Made by a program: the position numbers and the translations under genes. DNA of 64,000 bases from Promethearchaeota archaeon (GTDB lineage: Archaea > Asgardarchaeota > Lokiarchaeia > Sigyniarchaeales > SOKP01): positions 32,001-96,000 of the forward strand of contig JAHPZJ010000020.1 of assembly GCA_019058245.1 (NCBI GenBank). Reading direction: 5' to 3'. A model generated the notes under the pieces. The model saw nothing but the letters and a program-made list of their open reading frames with translations. It was not told the origin of the DNA and did not search any database. Within the stretch, counting starts at the first letter, position 1. Each line of letters opens with the position of its first letter. Below, one piece after another: positions 21,135 through 31,711 of this stretch.

Positions 21135-21896
21135 ATGTTTTTTATGGATTTAGAAGAAAAAATTGATTTAGCCGCTCAATGGATAGCTGAATCAGAAAGG
21201 TTAGTAGTTTTTACAGGTGCTGGATGTTCAACAGCTAGTGGATTACCTGATTATAGGGGTCCAGATGGCGTTTGGACTAGACGAGATAAGGGACTTCCTC
21301 CTCCAAAAAGCCCTCCTTGGGATCAAGTTAAACCTAATCCTAACCATTATCTAATTGTGGAGTTAATGGAAATGGGAAAGTTAAATTATCTAATATCGCA
21401 AAATGTAGATGGACTTCATGCTAAATCAGGGATCCCTTTTGATATGCTCAGTGAACTCCACGGTAATTTATACTTCATGAAGTGTTTGTCATGTAATAAA
21501 AAGATGTTATTCGAAAAAGCAGGTTGGGATAAAGAAAAATGGGGTAAAGGATATAGAACACTACCAGTTCAAGAGGGACAACCTTCATGTCCTCATTGTG
21601 GGGGAAGATTAATATCAAGTATAGTAAATTTCGGAGATCCCTTACCTTATGATGAACTTGAAGAATCCATAAAACGATCTCAAAAAGCGGATACTTTTTT
21701 TGTAATAGGGTCATCCTTAGTAGTTACTCCCGCTGCAAATATGCCGGGGATTGCAAAACAAAATGGTGCAAAATTAATCATTTTGAATAAAGGTGACACA
21801 CCTTATGATCATGTAGCGGATATAAAATTTGATAATTTGATTGAAGATATTTTACCTCCAATTATGGAAAAAGTAAAGAAACTAATAAAGAATTAG
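21135..21896 (+). CDS. NAD-dependent sirtuin deacylase, class IV (SIRT6/7)-like
   Basis: [30 protein letters not shown], ELHGN, CxxC..CxxC, [20 protein letters not shown]. Confidence 0.9.
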   Translation: [253 protein letters not shown]

Positions 21897-21914
21897 TAAA
21901 ATCTTTAGTTATTG

Positions 21915-23555
21915 TTATTTAAGTCTAGCATAAATTTCTCTATTATCATTTAATTTCGTTAATAACTTTTTTGCTTCCTTATTTGATAGCGAAAGAGAAA
22001 TATCACTATTACGGCTTAAAGACCCTGTAAAAATCAGATGATTATCTGCAAAAATTTCAATATTTTGGCTTGCATATTTCGGATTAGCTTTAATGATGAT
22101 TTTTTGTTTTTTTACTTCAACATCCAAATGAATTTTTTTTTCCTTTTTCATTCCACTAGAAGGTACCACTTTTCCCCTTGAAGGGTATTTAGAACTGATA
22201 GGATTCACCACAACATCATTTCCAAAATTATAAATCTCGAATTCTAAACGATCACTTTCAAAATCTCTAACTTCTACAACAGGTCTAGCTAAATCCTTAT
22301 CTCTAAAACCATGAGGTACCTTAACAGTCATTCTTAATATTAAAACACTCGAAATATCTCCACCTTGGATAAAAATTATCGTATCAATAATAGATGAGAG
22401 CATTCCAAGCTCGATTCGACCAATAAATCTTTGAATGGCATCAATAGCAGATGATGAATGCACCACACCAACCATTCCAACACCAGATAATCGAAAATCA
22501 GCATAAACTTCAAAATCTCTTGTTGTTCTTACTTCGTCAAAAATGGTAAAATCTGGTCTTACTAGTAAAAGTATATCCGCTGAATTTTCGATATTACCCT
22601 CAAGTTTTGTATATTGAGTGATTTCGGGTCTAACTTGTAAGTCTCTCACACTTTCAAGTGTTTTAACCACTTTATCATGTTCTAAATAGAAATTAGCTAA
22701 TGCGGCAGAAAATGTTGATTTACCTGCACCTGGAGAACCAGATACTAATATTCCTTCAGCTTTTTCAATTCTTTTTCTGAGCCGACTATCAATAGAATAA
22801 TCATCTAAGGTTAAACTAACTAAAGGTCTAACAGCAGTAATTTCAACATCACTAGAGAAGGGAGGACGTGTTATAACGATTCGAAATTCCCTCATTTGAG
22901 CAACAACAGCTCCTTCTTTTTCAATTTCAATAAAAGAATGTTTATCTTCTCTTGTAACTTCTACAATCTCCATTGCTATATCTTCAATCAATTCATTTGA
23001 GATTAAGTCTTCTTTAATTTTGTGTAATCTCCAATTTCCTGGAGATCCCTTTTTAGCATAAGGAGGATTATTTCGCTTGAGATGAACACTCATAGTCTCA
23101 TCATCAAAATATTCAAATAATTTTAGAGAAAGCATTTCTTCTTCTTTTACTGCTCTTTTTTCCCAAGCAAATAATACTTCTAAACCCTCAAATACACCAA
23201 CATCTCCTTGTATTCTGTCTGCTGTTATTAGAATCGCATTATTCTTACGAGCTTCCTCTCTAATCAATGCATCAAGTTCACCACCTTGAGCTAGCTTTAT
23301 TTCTTCTCTCGTTGGGCGTCTTCCTACAATAAGTAATTCAACTTTTTTATCATCATGAAGTTTTCGCAATTCTTTTAATACATTTAGTCCAAAAAATCCA
23401 ATTTCTTTTTGCACATTTGTTCGATATTCAACTTCAGCAATAACGATATTACATATGATAATTTCTGGTTTTTCTCCCAATTCTCCATCTTCGATTAAAT
23501 TAAGGATTTGACCATTAAAAATAATCGATGTATCACATAAAAATTTGTCTTGCAT
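21915..23555 (-). CDS. PINA-type PIN domain + VirB11/PilT-like ATPase
   Basis: N-terminal PIN (CDTS, ITAD), MSVHLK, GSPGAGKST, LLLVRPDFTIFDEVR, GVGMVGVVH, DLARPVVEV. Confidence 0.9.
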   Translation of the reverse strand: MQDKFLCDTSIIFNGQILNLIEDGELGEKPEIIICNIVIAEVEYRTNVQKEIGFFGLNVLKELRKLHDDKKVELLIVGRRPTREEIKLAQGGELDALIREEARKNNAILITADRIQGDVGVFEGLEVLFAWEKRAVKEEEMLSLKLFEYFDDETMSVHLKRNNPPYAKKGSPGNWRLHKIKEDLISNELIEDIAMEIVEVTREDKHSFIEIEKEGAVVAQMREFRIVITRPPFSSDVEITAVRPLVSLTLDDYSIDSRLRKRIEKAEGILVSGSPGAGKSTFSAALANFYLEHDKVVKTLESVRDLQVRPEITQYTKLEGNIENSADILLLVRPDFTIFDEVRTTRDFEVYADFRLSGVGMVGVVHSSSAIDAIQRFIGRIELGMLSSIIDTIIFIQGGDISSVLILRMTVKVPHGFRDKDLARPVVEVRDFESDRLEFEIYNFGNDVVVNPISSKYPSRGKVVPSSGMKKEKKIHLDVEVKKQKIIIKANPKYASQNIEIFADNHLIFTGSLSRNSDISLSLSNKEAKKLLTKLNDNREIYARLK

Positions 23556-23805
23556 GATGTCGTTTATTACTTTTTGATATATATAATAATTATTTGTATA
23601 AAGCTTCTATTTGTTAAGGATATATACAATAATGAAGCTTAATATTTATTATTGGAGTGTATCCAGATGTCTTTTCTTTTCTAAATAAAATTTATAAGAA
23701 AAGTAATTTAAATTAAATGATAACCAGTTATATTTATCTGTTTATTAGATTACAAAAAATAAGAGCTTTAAATATTCTAAAATTGAAGATTACAATAATA
23801 TTTTC

Positions 23806-26289
23806 GTGAATTTAAATATGAGTCAAGAAATGCTATTTGAAAAAGATGGACGCTCTTTGGAAGATTTATTTATCAAAGAAGATAATTATACGTTCTTGGT
23901 AGGGGCAGGAGTGTCAATGAATGCTCCTTCTAGTTTACCATCTGCAGTCAAAATTGTTAATAATCTAATTTCCCTCTGTGCTCCAGAAGAAGAAGTGCAA
24001 GAATTGCAAAATCTTGATGATTTGCGCTATGAATGGTTAGTAGAAGCAATTCAAGAACATATTGATAAAGAGTTTAAGTTTTTAGATTTTTTTGACTATA
24101 AAACTACACCTAATTTACTCCATATTTTTTTGGCTAAACAAATTAAAAAAGGAAATTATGTACTTACTACTAATTTTGATTACATGATAGAATATGCACT
24201 CAAGAGAGTTATTCTTGAGAGTGATCACTCAAAAATCATTCCAATAATCACTAAAGAAGATTTTATCAAATATCCGGATCCTCAATCGCTTATTGATGAA
24301 GGTAAGTATCCTCTATATAAAATTCATGGAGCAAAAAAGAATTTAATAACTAAAGAAGATACGGCAGATTCCTTGGTGACTACACAGCGAGCTTTAGGAA
24401 AACATCGCGTTGAGGGTGAAACCTTTTCTGTAGAAACATTTAAAAAACCAGCAATTCATAGTCTACTAAAAAATCGAAGTTTAACAGTAATGGGCTACTC
24501 TGGAAGCGATGATTTTGATATAGGACCAATCTTAAAAGAAATACCTGATCTTAAAAGGCTGATCTGGATCAACCATTCATTCACTGAAATTCCTACTATA
24601 ATTAAAGTGAATAAAGTAAACGATCCCAAAGTATGGGAAAATGAACTTAAGGTTGATCAATTCCTTGCTGAAATCCGATCTGACGTGAATTTTGAAGTAA
24701 TTAAAGTTCAAGGCAATACCCATGACTTAGTGGAGAAAATTCTATGGCCCTCATTTTTCCCTAATATTCCTATACCTTCACTTAGCACGTCTGGAGATGA
24801 TATAAAATTTGAAGATTGGATAAAACCTCATTATTCTTATGTTGATCTTGCACAAAAATATTTATTTGCATGTTATGTTTTCAGTGAATCCCAAAAAAAT
24901 GATTCATTACAACGTTGCGCTGAGAAGGCTTTAACTATTGAGTCAATCAAGTCAAATGAAACTCATAGTGCATATTTACTATCAATGATAGCTCTTGCTC
25001 ATGTTTCAAAATTTAATTATCAAAAAGCTGCAGAATATTACCTGCAAGCCTTAGAAAAATTTAAACAAACAAATAATTATGAAGAAACTGCAAGGATTTT
25101 GATAAGTTTAGCCATGATATCTGATGCCATGGGTCGAGATGACCTTACTCAACAATATGCTGACCAAGTTTTGCCAATTGCTCAAAGAGAATCCATGCAT
25201 GTTGGCTTAACTAATTTATATACCACATTAGCAAATAAATACAATAAACAAAGAGATTTTGATAAGGCAATTATGTACTTAGAAAAATCAAATAAAGAAG
25301 CCCAAGAAGCTGGAATCATTATGATAAGAGCAAGAAATTTACAAGGAATGGGATCAATGTACATGAATAAAGGTGAAATTGACAAAGCTATTTTAAAACT
25401 TGAAGAATCACTACGAATTTTTAAAGAATTTAAGAGTGCGATTCCTGATGCTTATATTAATCTCGCATTGATTTATGACCAGCACAAAAATGATCCAGCA
25501 AAAGCAATTGAATATCTTAAGGAAATTATAAAGATTGCTCATTCATTTAAGGGTCGCACTTTACTGTCTTTAGTACCCTCACTATATACCATTTCTCGTC
25601 TCTATTTAAGATTGAATGATAAAGAAAATGCATTTAATTATAGTCTACAAGGAATAAAAACATATAAAAATCCCATTATTCAATATAAGGTACAAGAGTT
25701 TATCACTAATAACCCTCAACTATTACAAGAAAATACAATGGTCTACATGGAATTAAATAAAATTGCTGCAGAGATATATCTAAATGAGAAAAAGGACCAT
25801 GCAAGTGCTATAAATTGCTTCAGGAATATTATAGAAGCTGCCGAGAAATTTGGTGGCGATGCTCTCGTAACTGTGCCTCCTACTTGGCTAAATATAGTTC
25901 GTATTTATCTACAATCGAATGATCAAGATAATGCTCTCGAACAATGTATACTAGCATTAAGATTTATGGATAGACCTGATGTAGTTCAAAAAATACAACA
26001 CATCTCAAAGACAAACATGCAATACAAGATGCAACATGTTCAAACCATAGGGGAATTGTTTGCAATAGCTGCAGAGCTTTATGGGGTAAAGGGTAATAAG
26101 GAAATGGCTTCACAATATCAACAATTATACCAACAAGTTCAGATGAGTATGACACCTATGGGAGGATCACCAATGGACCAGATGTTTACCCAGGCAATGA
26201 TGAATGCAAGTGGTACAGATGTATTTAAAAATCTCACAGGAGATAAGAAGAAAAAGAAAGAGAAAAAAAAGAAAAAAAAGAAGAAATAA
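23806..26289 (+). CDS. SIR2_2-domain (NADase-type) protein with TPR repeats and poly-Lys tail
   Basis: FLVGAGVS, TTNFD, KIHG and MGYSGSDDFDI motifs, then multiple TPR helices; ends DKKKKKEKKKKKKKK. Confidence 0.85.
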   Translation: MNLNMSQEMLFEKDGRSLEDLFIKEDNYTFLVGAGVSMNAPSSLPSAVKIVNNLISLCAPEEEVQELQNLDDLRYEWLVEAIQEHIDKEFKFLDFFDYKTTPNLLHIFLAKQIKKGNYVLTTNFDYMIEYALKRVILESDHSKIIPIITKEDFIKYPDPQSLIDEGKYPLYKIHGAKKNLITKEDTADSLVTTQRALGKHRVEGETFSVETFKKPAIHSLLKNRSLTVMGYSGSDDFDIGPILKEIPDLKRLIWINHSFTEIPTIIKVNKVNDPKVWENELKVDQFLAEIRSDVNFEVIKVQGNTHDLVEKILWPSFFPNIPIPSLSTSGDDIKFEDWIKPHYSYVDLAQKYLFACYVFSESQKNDSLQRCAEKALTIESIKSNETHSAYLLSMIALAHVSKFNYQKAAEYYLQALEKFKQTNNYEETARILISLAMISDAMGRDDLTQQYADQVLPIAQRESMHVGLTNLYTTLANKYNKQRDFDKAIMYLEKSNKEAQEAGIIMIRARNLQGMGSMYMNKGEIDKAILKLEESLRIFKEFKSAIPDAYINLALIYDQHKNDPAKAIEYLKEIIKIAHSFKGRTLLSLVPSLYTISRLYLRLNDKENAFNYSLQGIKTYKNPIIQYKVQEFITNNPQLLQENTMVYMELNKIAAEIYLNEKKDHASAINCFRNIIEAAEKFGGDALVTVPPTWLNIVRIYLQSNDQDNALEQCILALRFMDRPDVVQKIQHISKTNMQYKMQHVQTIGELFAIAAELYGVKGNKEMASQYQQLYQQVQMSMTPMGGSPMDQMFTQAMMNASGTDVFKNLTGDKKKKKEKKKKKKKK

Positions 26290-26699
26290 TTCGATTATGA
26301 AAAATCCTGAACTCGCCAAATTGGGTCTTTAAAGTAATGCTTCCATTGAACTTTATTTAAGTTACATTGAACTGATAGAAAATCCTAAATTTGCAAAATT
26401 AATTATTCAAAAAAAGAGTTCTTGCTTTTTTTTATCAATATATTTATCTAATAAAAGAAAATCCATTCAAGAAATACATCCTATTCCCAAAATTAGCTAT
26501 CACGCATTTTAAACTCCAAACTTAATCTATTATTTTTATTGTGAATTCTCAATAAAATTTCGTTTTAACCTTGAAAGGTAAATTCAGTGTCTGTTTTTAG
26601 TTAAAATTCTACTAAAATAAATTATTCAGACAATAAAAAAATCGAACTTATAAATCAATAAATTAAAAAAAAGGTTTTGATTAGTAAAGAATAGGAGAA

Positions 26700-27779
26700 T
26701 TATATCACGTAAGATATTGCTGTCTTTAACGCTTTTTCAGCGTCTTTAATAACAGTTTCAATTATATCGGTAACACTCTCGATTTGGTTTATAATACCAA
26801 TGCTCTGTCCTAATAACACAGAACCATTCTGCATATCACCTTCATAAGCTGCAAAAGCTGCAATTGAATCTTCTCTTAATTCTTCGGCAAGTTCTTCTTT
26901 TGATATTTCAGCCCTGTGATCATCTTTAATCTTTTCTTCAGCAATTTTTTCTTCTTTAGTCTTTACCAGTCCTTTCTTCATCGCATATTTATTCTTCCAG
27001 AGTCTAATGGTCCCTAAAGCCCCTGTTCTTACAATAGTATCTTGAGCTTTTGCGGGGGGAACTACATTCTTATAATTTTCATGGAATTCACTGTCTTTAG
27101 ATGCTATAAATCTCGATCCCATAGCAACTCCTCCTGCACCAATAGATAAGGCGGCGGCAAGACCATAACCAGTGGCAAATCCACCACACGCAATTTTTGG
27201 GATATCTGGATGTTTTTGCTGTACTTGCTGCAGCAATACCAAACCTCCAACTTTTTCATATGATTGGTGTCCCCCACCTTCAAATCCAGTTACAACAAGC
27301 CCGTCACATCCCGCGGAAACACACTTATCTGCCAACCAGAGTGCCGGGGCAACATGGAAGTGCTTAATCTGTGAATTTTCCCTTAGTTTCTGGAAATCCT
27401 TATTTTGAGGCATTCTTGATGCTGAACCTGCACTAGTGAGCGCATAAAGACATTGCTCTCTCAATTTAGGATTTGCCATTATATGCTTTGCAGCTCCGGA
27501 AATCAACTCTTCACAATCTGGAGTGAGTCTTGAAGTCCTTATATTGAATCCAAAAATCCCCTCTGTATGTTCTACAACATAATCAAGATTTTTTTTTAAT
27601 GCAACTAGGGCACTGTCTTCCCTTCCATCCATAGATTGGTTTGCGTGAGAAATCATCCCTAAACCACCCGCCTCTGCGACCGCTACAGCCAATTCGGTTG
27701 TTCTAAAAGGCCCCATGGCAGCGTTTGCGATCGGGTGCTTAATTCCAAACATTTCGGTAATATTAGTTTTAAATGTCAA
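26700..27779 (-). CDS. Nitronate monooxygenase / FabK-like flavoprotein (paralog 2)
   Basis: Same motifs as 10380-11417 (HFHVAPALWLADKC, EGGGHQSYEK, MGSRFIAS); GGTGA 6 nt before the TTG start. Confidence 0.88.
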   Translation of the reverse strand: MTFKTNITEMFGIKHPIANAAMGPFRTTELAVAVAEAGGLGMISHANQSMDGREDSALVALKKNLDYVVEHTEGIFGFNIRTSRLTPDCEELISGAAKHIMANPKLREQCLYALTSAGSASRMPQNKDFQKLRENSQIKHFHVAPALWLADKCVSAGCDGLVVTGFEGGGHQSYEKVGGLVLLQQVQQKHPDIPKIACGGFATGYGLAAALSIGAGGVAMGSRFIASKDSEFHENYKNVVPPAKAQDTIVRTGALGTIRLWKNKYAMKKGLVKTKEEKIAEEKIKDDHRAEISKEELAEELREDSIAAFAAYEGDMQNGSVLLGQSIGIINQIESVTDIIETVIKDAEKALKTAISYVI

Positions 27780-28013
27780 AAAAGTTCACCTTTTATGATA
27801 ATTGAATTAGAAACTAAATAAAACTTTCATCATTTGATGATAAACTATAATCTTTTATTCAAACCTTTTTAAATTATTTTCCTATAGAATGAAATTAATC
27901 CAAATGTATTGAAATTTAAGAAAAATTGCCTTTCTTATATATTTTTCTGAAGTGCTATTCTAAATAGAAAAAATAAATAGAATAAAGCTCGGGATCTATT
28001 TTTAAAATCCTCA

Positions 28014-28616
28014 TTATTCAGCACTTTCTTCCCTATTCAATATTTGGAATTTTTTCACGCTATAATAGATCGGTTTACTTAATCTATCAACCGTTGCAAC
28101 TATTAAATCTTTACGTGAACCCATAGCAACTCTTGACACCTTATCTAAATCTCTTAATTCAATAGGATCCCCTTCAAATACAGGGAATATTAAAAATTTC
28201 GCTGAGTCTTTTTCAAAATCAGCCCCTCTTTTATATACTCGGAAATCTATACCATCTCCATAACCTGTCCGAACAATATATCCTCTTTTTCTTAAATCCA
28301 TATAGATTATATATTTCTGCCATAACCTTTCATCGAATTTAGTAAAATATGTTAAAAGACTCTCAAAATCATATAATTTCTTATTTGAGTCATTATCTTC
28401 CCATAATAATATTCGATTCCTTTCACATAATAATAAAACTTCAACGGGATCAATGATTAAAACTTCATGATCATCATTCTTTTTTACTTTCGTACCAATA
28501 TAAGATGTTGAATAAAATTCCTCAAAACCTTTTTTATCTGTAATAACTACTTTATCCTTTTCGATTATTCCTTCTACTTGAATTTTCTCGACTTTTTCAG
28601 TTGAATCTTCTGTCAT
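28014..28616 (-). CDS. endA: tRNA-splicing endonuclease subunit, probably structural (catalytic His absent)
   Basis: LDPVE-like IDPVE, YMDLRKRGYIVRTG, DFRVY, RVA..SRK.L; DSAKFLI where catalytic subunits have His. Confidence 0.8.
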   Translation of the reverse strand: MTEDSTEKVEKIQVEGIIEKDKVVITDKKGFEEFYSTSYIGTKVKKNDDHEVLIIDPVEVLLLCERNRILLWEDNDSNKKLYDFESLLTYFTKFDERLWQKYIIYMDLRKRGYIVRTGYGDGIDFRVYKRGADFEKDSAKFLIFPVFEGDPIELRDLDKVSRVAMGSRKDLIVATVDRLSKPIYYSVKKFQILNREESAE

Positions 28617-28753
28617 ATAACATTAAATATGAATTTATAATAATTAAAGAATTTATCCTTCAACTTTTCTCTCTTTTAAAATTGAAAGTATTAAAAAAAA
28701 TCAAAATTAAATGACTGATTTGATAAACTATTTTATAGTAATTACTTACAAGT

Positions 28754-30991
28754 CTAATCTTTAATAAGCGGAAGTGAGAAATAAAATGTACTTCCTTTAT
28801 CTTTACCCTCAGATTCCATCCATATTTCTCCACCATGGGATTCTACTATTTTTTTTGAAATATATAGCCCTAGACCAGTACCATCAATTCCTAAATCAAA
28901 TCCTTGCCCATACCGTTCAATTTTACCAAATTGTTTAAAAATTCTATCTTTTTCATCTTTTGTAAAACCTATTCCATTATCCTTTATAGATATAATCACA
29001 AATTCCTCTGTTAAATCCGTTTTTATATCAATCCAGCCGCGTGGAGGCGTATATTTTATAGCATTTGACAATAGATTTGAGAGAACCTCATGAATTTCTT
29101 CCTTTTCAAATCGAGTTATTATGGATTCATGAATTTCTAAATTAATTGAATGTTCACGTTTAACTGCCAAAGGATGCAATTCATTTGCGCAGTAATTAAT
29201 CAAAAACGATAAATTTTCTTTTTCAAGTCTAGGTTTTAAATCAGGGGATTCTAATCTAGAAGTGTATAGAAGATCATTGATTATTTTTTGTAATCTTGCA
29301 CATCCTTTATCAATTTCCTCTAAATTAGAAATTATCTCAGGCTTTAACTCTTCTGAATGCATAGTTAAAATAAGATCAGTAAAACCTTTGATCGAAACGA
29401 GTGGCGTTTTTAATTCATGAGACGCTCTACTTAAAAATTCAGATTTAATTCTGTTTATTTCTTTTAATTTTTTTTCCAACTTTTTACTTTCAGTTATATC
29501 TCTTACAATTGCCCATATTCTATATGGATCGCCCTGCTCATCAAGTAAAATCCAGAATCTGATACTAACTGGTAAGATATCACCATTCTTAAGTATAAAT
29601 TCTTTTTCATAAACTTTGCTTTCACCTTCAGAAAAATGAGTAAATAACATATTATCTTCATGTTCATACCATTTTGGAGGAGTAATCTGACGATTATGAA
29701 GATCTAAAACCTCTTCTCTTGAGTATCCGATCATTTTAAGAAATGCTTCATTAACCTCAATAAAACGACCTTCCATATCTGTAGAATAAATTCCATCTGT
29801 ACTTGATTCAAATAAAGTTCTATATTTGTTTTCTGATTCTTTCAGTTTCTGTTCTGCAATCTTTTTACTTGTAATATCATTAATATAGGCAAAAGAACCT
29901 TTATAATTTTGATTTTCGTCTAAAATAGGAGACGCTTTTATTTCAGTATAGATGATATCCCCATTCTTTTTTAAAAATTGGAAATCATAAGTTTCTTTAA
30001 TACCATTTTCTCGTTTTGATCGGTTTCCTTCTATCAATGGTTCCATTGACTCAGGAATGAAAGAAGGAAGATTTTTACCAATCATCTCATCTTTAGTATA
30101 ACCCAGCATTTCACATATTCTTTGATTTACAAATATGGTAATCTCATTTTCATCTAAAGCCCAAACACCCTCTTGTGCATCTTCAATTAAACTTCTATAT
30201 TTCTCTTCTGATTTTCTTAATTTTTGCTCAGTTTCTTTACGTTTAGTAATATCTCTTGAAATTAAGATTGCCCCTCGTGATTCATTTTTATCCAATAAGA
30301 ATTTTCCTTTAAGCTCAATCCATAAATAATGTCCATTCTTGTGTCTCACTCTAAATTCTTCTGACAACTCTCCCTTTAATAATCCTTTTTTCGTGGATGT
30401 AGAAACCTTCTTAAGATCATCTGGATGAGTAAAATCTCTTGGTTTTTTTCCAAGAATTTCCTCCTTTCTGTATCCTAATAAAGAATAATAAGCTTTTTCA
30501 TTGACATAAATATGTTTAAAATCTTGGTCTAATATAGAAATTAGATCATTACTGTTATTCGCAATTAAATTGAATTTTTTTTCAGTTTCTCTTAAATTTT
30601 GTTCTAATTTGTGTTTTTCTGTAACATCAGTAACGGTTCCCTCTATAAGGATCCTATCATTATCTTCTTCTTTAATTAGATGAGAATTAATTTGAATATA
30701 AATTGGTTCACCCTTTGGAGTTCTTATTTTCGCAACAAAATCTTTAACATATCCATTTTTTGATAATTCATCATGGTAGCATTTTTGGACTTCAGGATCA
30801 GAAAAAAATTGTGATGAATGAGATCCTGTCAGATCTATTAGAGGATCTATCCCTAAAATCTTATTAATTGCTGTATTATGAATCAGTAACTTCCCCTTAA
30901 ACAATCCTTTAAAATAACCAATATCTAAATTATTTATTATTTCTTGAAATTTATCTTTAGAAATTACCTCTTCTTCATTATTTATATACAA
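28754..30991 (-). CDS. Multi-PAS sensor histidine kinase
   Basis: Four PAS/PAC repeats (RDITKRK type), H-box SHELKTPL, NLLSNAIKY, DNGIG, GTGLGL. Confidence 0.95.
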   Translation of the reverse strand: MYINNEEEVISKDKFQEIINNLDIGYFKGLFKGKLLIHNTAINKILGIDPLIDLTGSHSSQFFSDPEVQKCYHDELSKNGYVKDFVAKIRTPKGEPIYIQINSHLIKEEDNDRILIEGTVTDVTEKHKLEQNLRETEKKFNLIANNSNDLISILDQDFKHIYVNEKAYYSLLGYRKEEILGKKPRDFTHPDDLKKVSTSTKKGLLKGELSEEFRVRHKNGHYLWIELKGKFLLDKNESRGAILISRDITKRKETEQKLRKSEEKYRSLIEDAQEGVWALDENEITIFVNQRICEMLGYTKDEMIGKNLPSFIPESMEPLIEGNRSKRENGIKETYDFQFLKKNGDIIYTEIKASPILDENQNYKGSFAYINDITSKKIAEQKLKESENKYRTLFESSTDGIYSTDMEGRFIEVNEAFLKMIGYSREEVLDLHNRQITPPKWYEHEDNMLFTHFSEGESKVYEKEFILKNGDILPVSIRFWILLDEQGDPYRIWAIVRDITESKKLEKKLKEINRIKSEFLSRASHELKTPLVSIKGFTDLILTMHSEELKPEIISNLEEIDKGCARLQKIINDLLYTSRLESPDLKPRLEKENLSFLINYCANELHPLAVKREHSINLEIHESIITRFEKEEIHEVLSNLLSNAIKYTPPRGWIDIKTDLTEEFVIISIKDNGIGFTKDEKDRIFKQFGKIERYGQGFDLGIDGTGLGLYISKKIVESHGGEIWMESEGKDKGSTFYFSLPLIKD

Positions 30992-31137
30992 ATGTCCTCC
31001 TCATCCTTAATGTAAGATATCCTTTTATCAATTGGAATTTATTACTTTTCAATTAATAATAGAGTATTATATTTTAAAGTTTTTCAATTTACCAAATTTT
31101 ACAATGAGATTATAAAATACCAAATATTTATGTTGTT

Positions 31138-31707
31138 ATGAAAGAGATGCTTGAGAGACTTTTAATTAAATTAAATGGTGCTACGAAGGTTGTCTTTATG
31201 GGGATTGGTGAAGAAAAGCTTAGAGATGACGCAGTAGGCATACACATAATAAGTGAGCTCTTACCATATTCTAATGAAAAATGTTTATTTATTAATGCTG
31301 GAATTGATCCGATGAGCAGAATTGAAGATGTCATAGATTTTCAAGTATCACATCTTGTTCTTATAGATACATGCACTTTAAATCAACCCCCTGGATCAGT
31401 TGCTATAATCGAACGAGAAAATATTCAAGAATTGGTGCCAATATCTTCCCATACAATACCTATTCATATTGTTATCGACTTATTGCTTGAAAAATTTCCT
31501 GATCTAAAAGTTTTTATGATAGGAATTGTACCAGAAAGTCTTGAAGGATTTACAGAATTAAGTCTCTATAAAGAACATGAATATTCCCTTGAGGAGAGAA
31601 GTGAAAATGAAGATCTTCCTTTTTTTAAATTAAATCTTACACCAACTATTCAAAAAGTAGCTGATCAACTCATAATTCTCATTAAAAAGATTATCAAGAA
31701 AATATAG
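31138..31707 (+). CDS. Hydrogenase maturation protease (HycI-like)
   Basis: GIGEEKLRDDAVG, LVLIDT, PPGSVAII, SSHTIP. Confidence 0.82.
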   Translation: MKEMLERLLIKLNGATKVVFMGIGEEKLRDDAVGIHIISELLPYSNEKCLFINAGIDPMSRIEDVIDFQVSHLVLIDTCTLNQPPGSVAIIERENIQELVPISSHTIPIHIVIDLLLEKFPDLKVFMIGIVPESLEGFTELSLYKEHEYSLEERSENEDLPFFKLNLTPTIQKVADQLIILIKKIIKKI

Positions 31708-31711
31708 TAAA

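Noticed and set aside
26245-26289. A-rich run as a possible assembly artefact or terminator
   Set aside because: It is in frame, interspersed with G at codon-consistent positions and ends at TAA; treated as a coding poly-Lys tail.
10380-27779. Shared DNA words between the two nitronate monooxygenase genes
   Set aside because: Ordinary diverged paralogy, not mobile-element ends.
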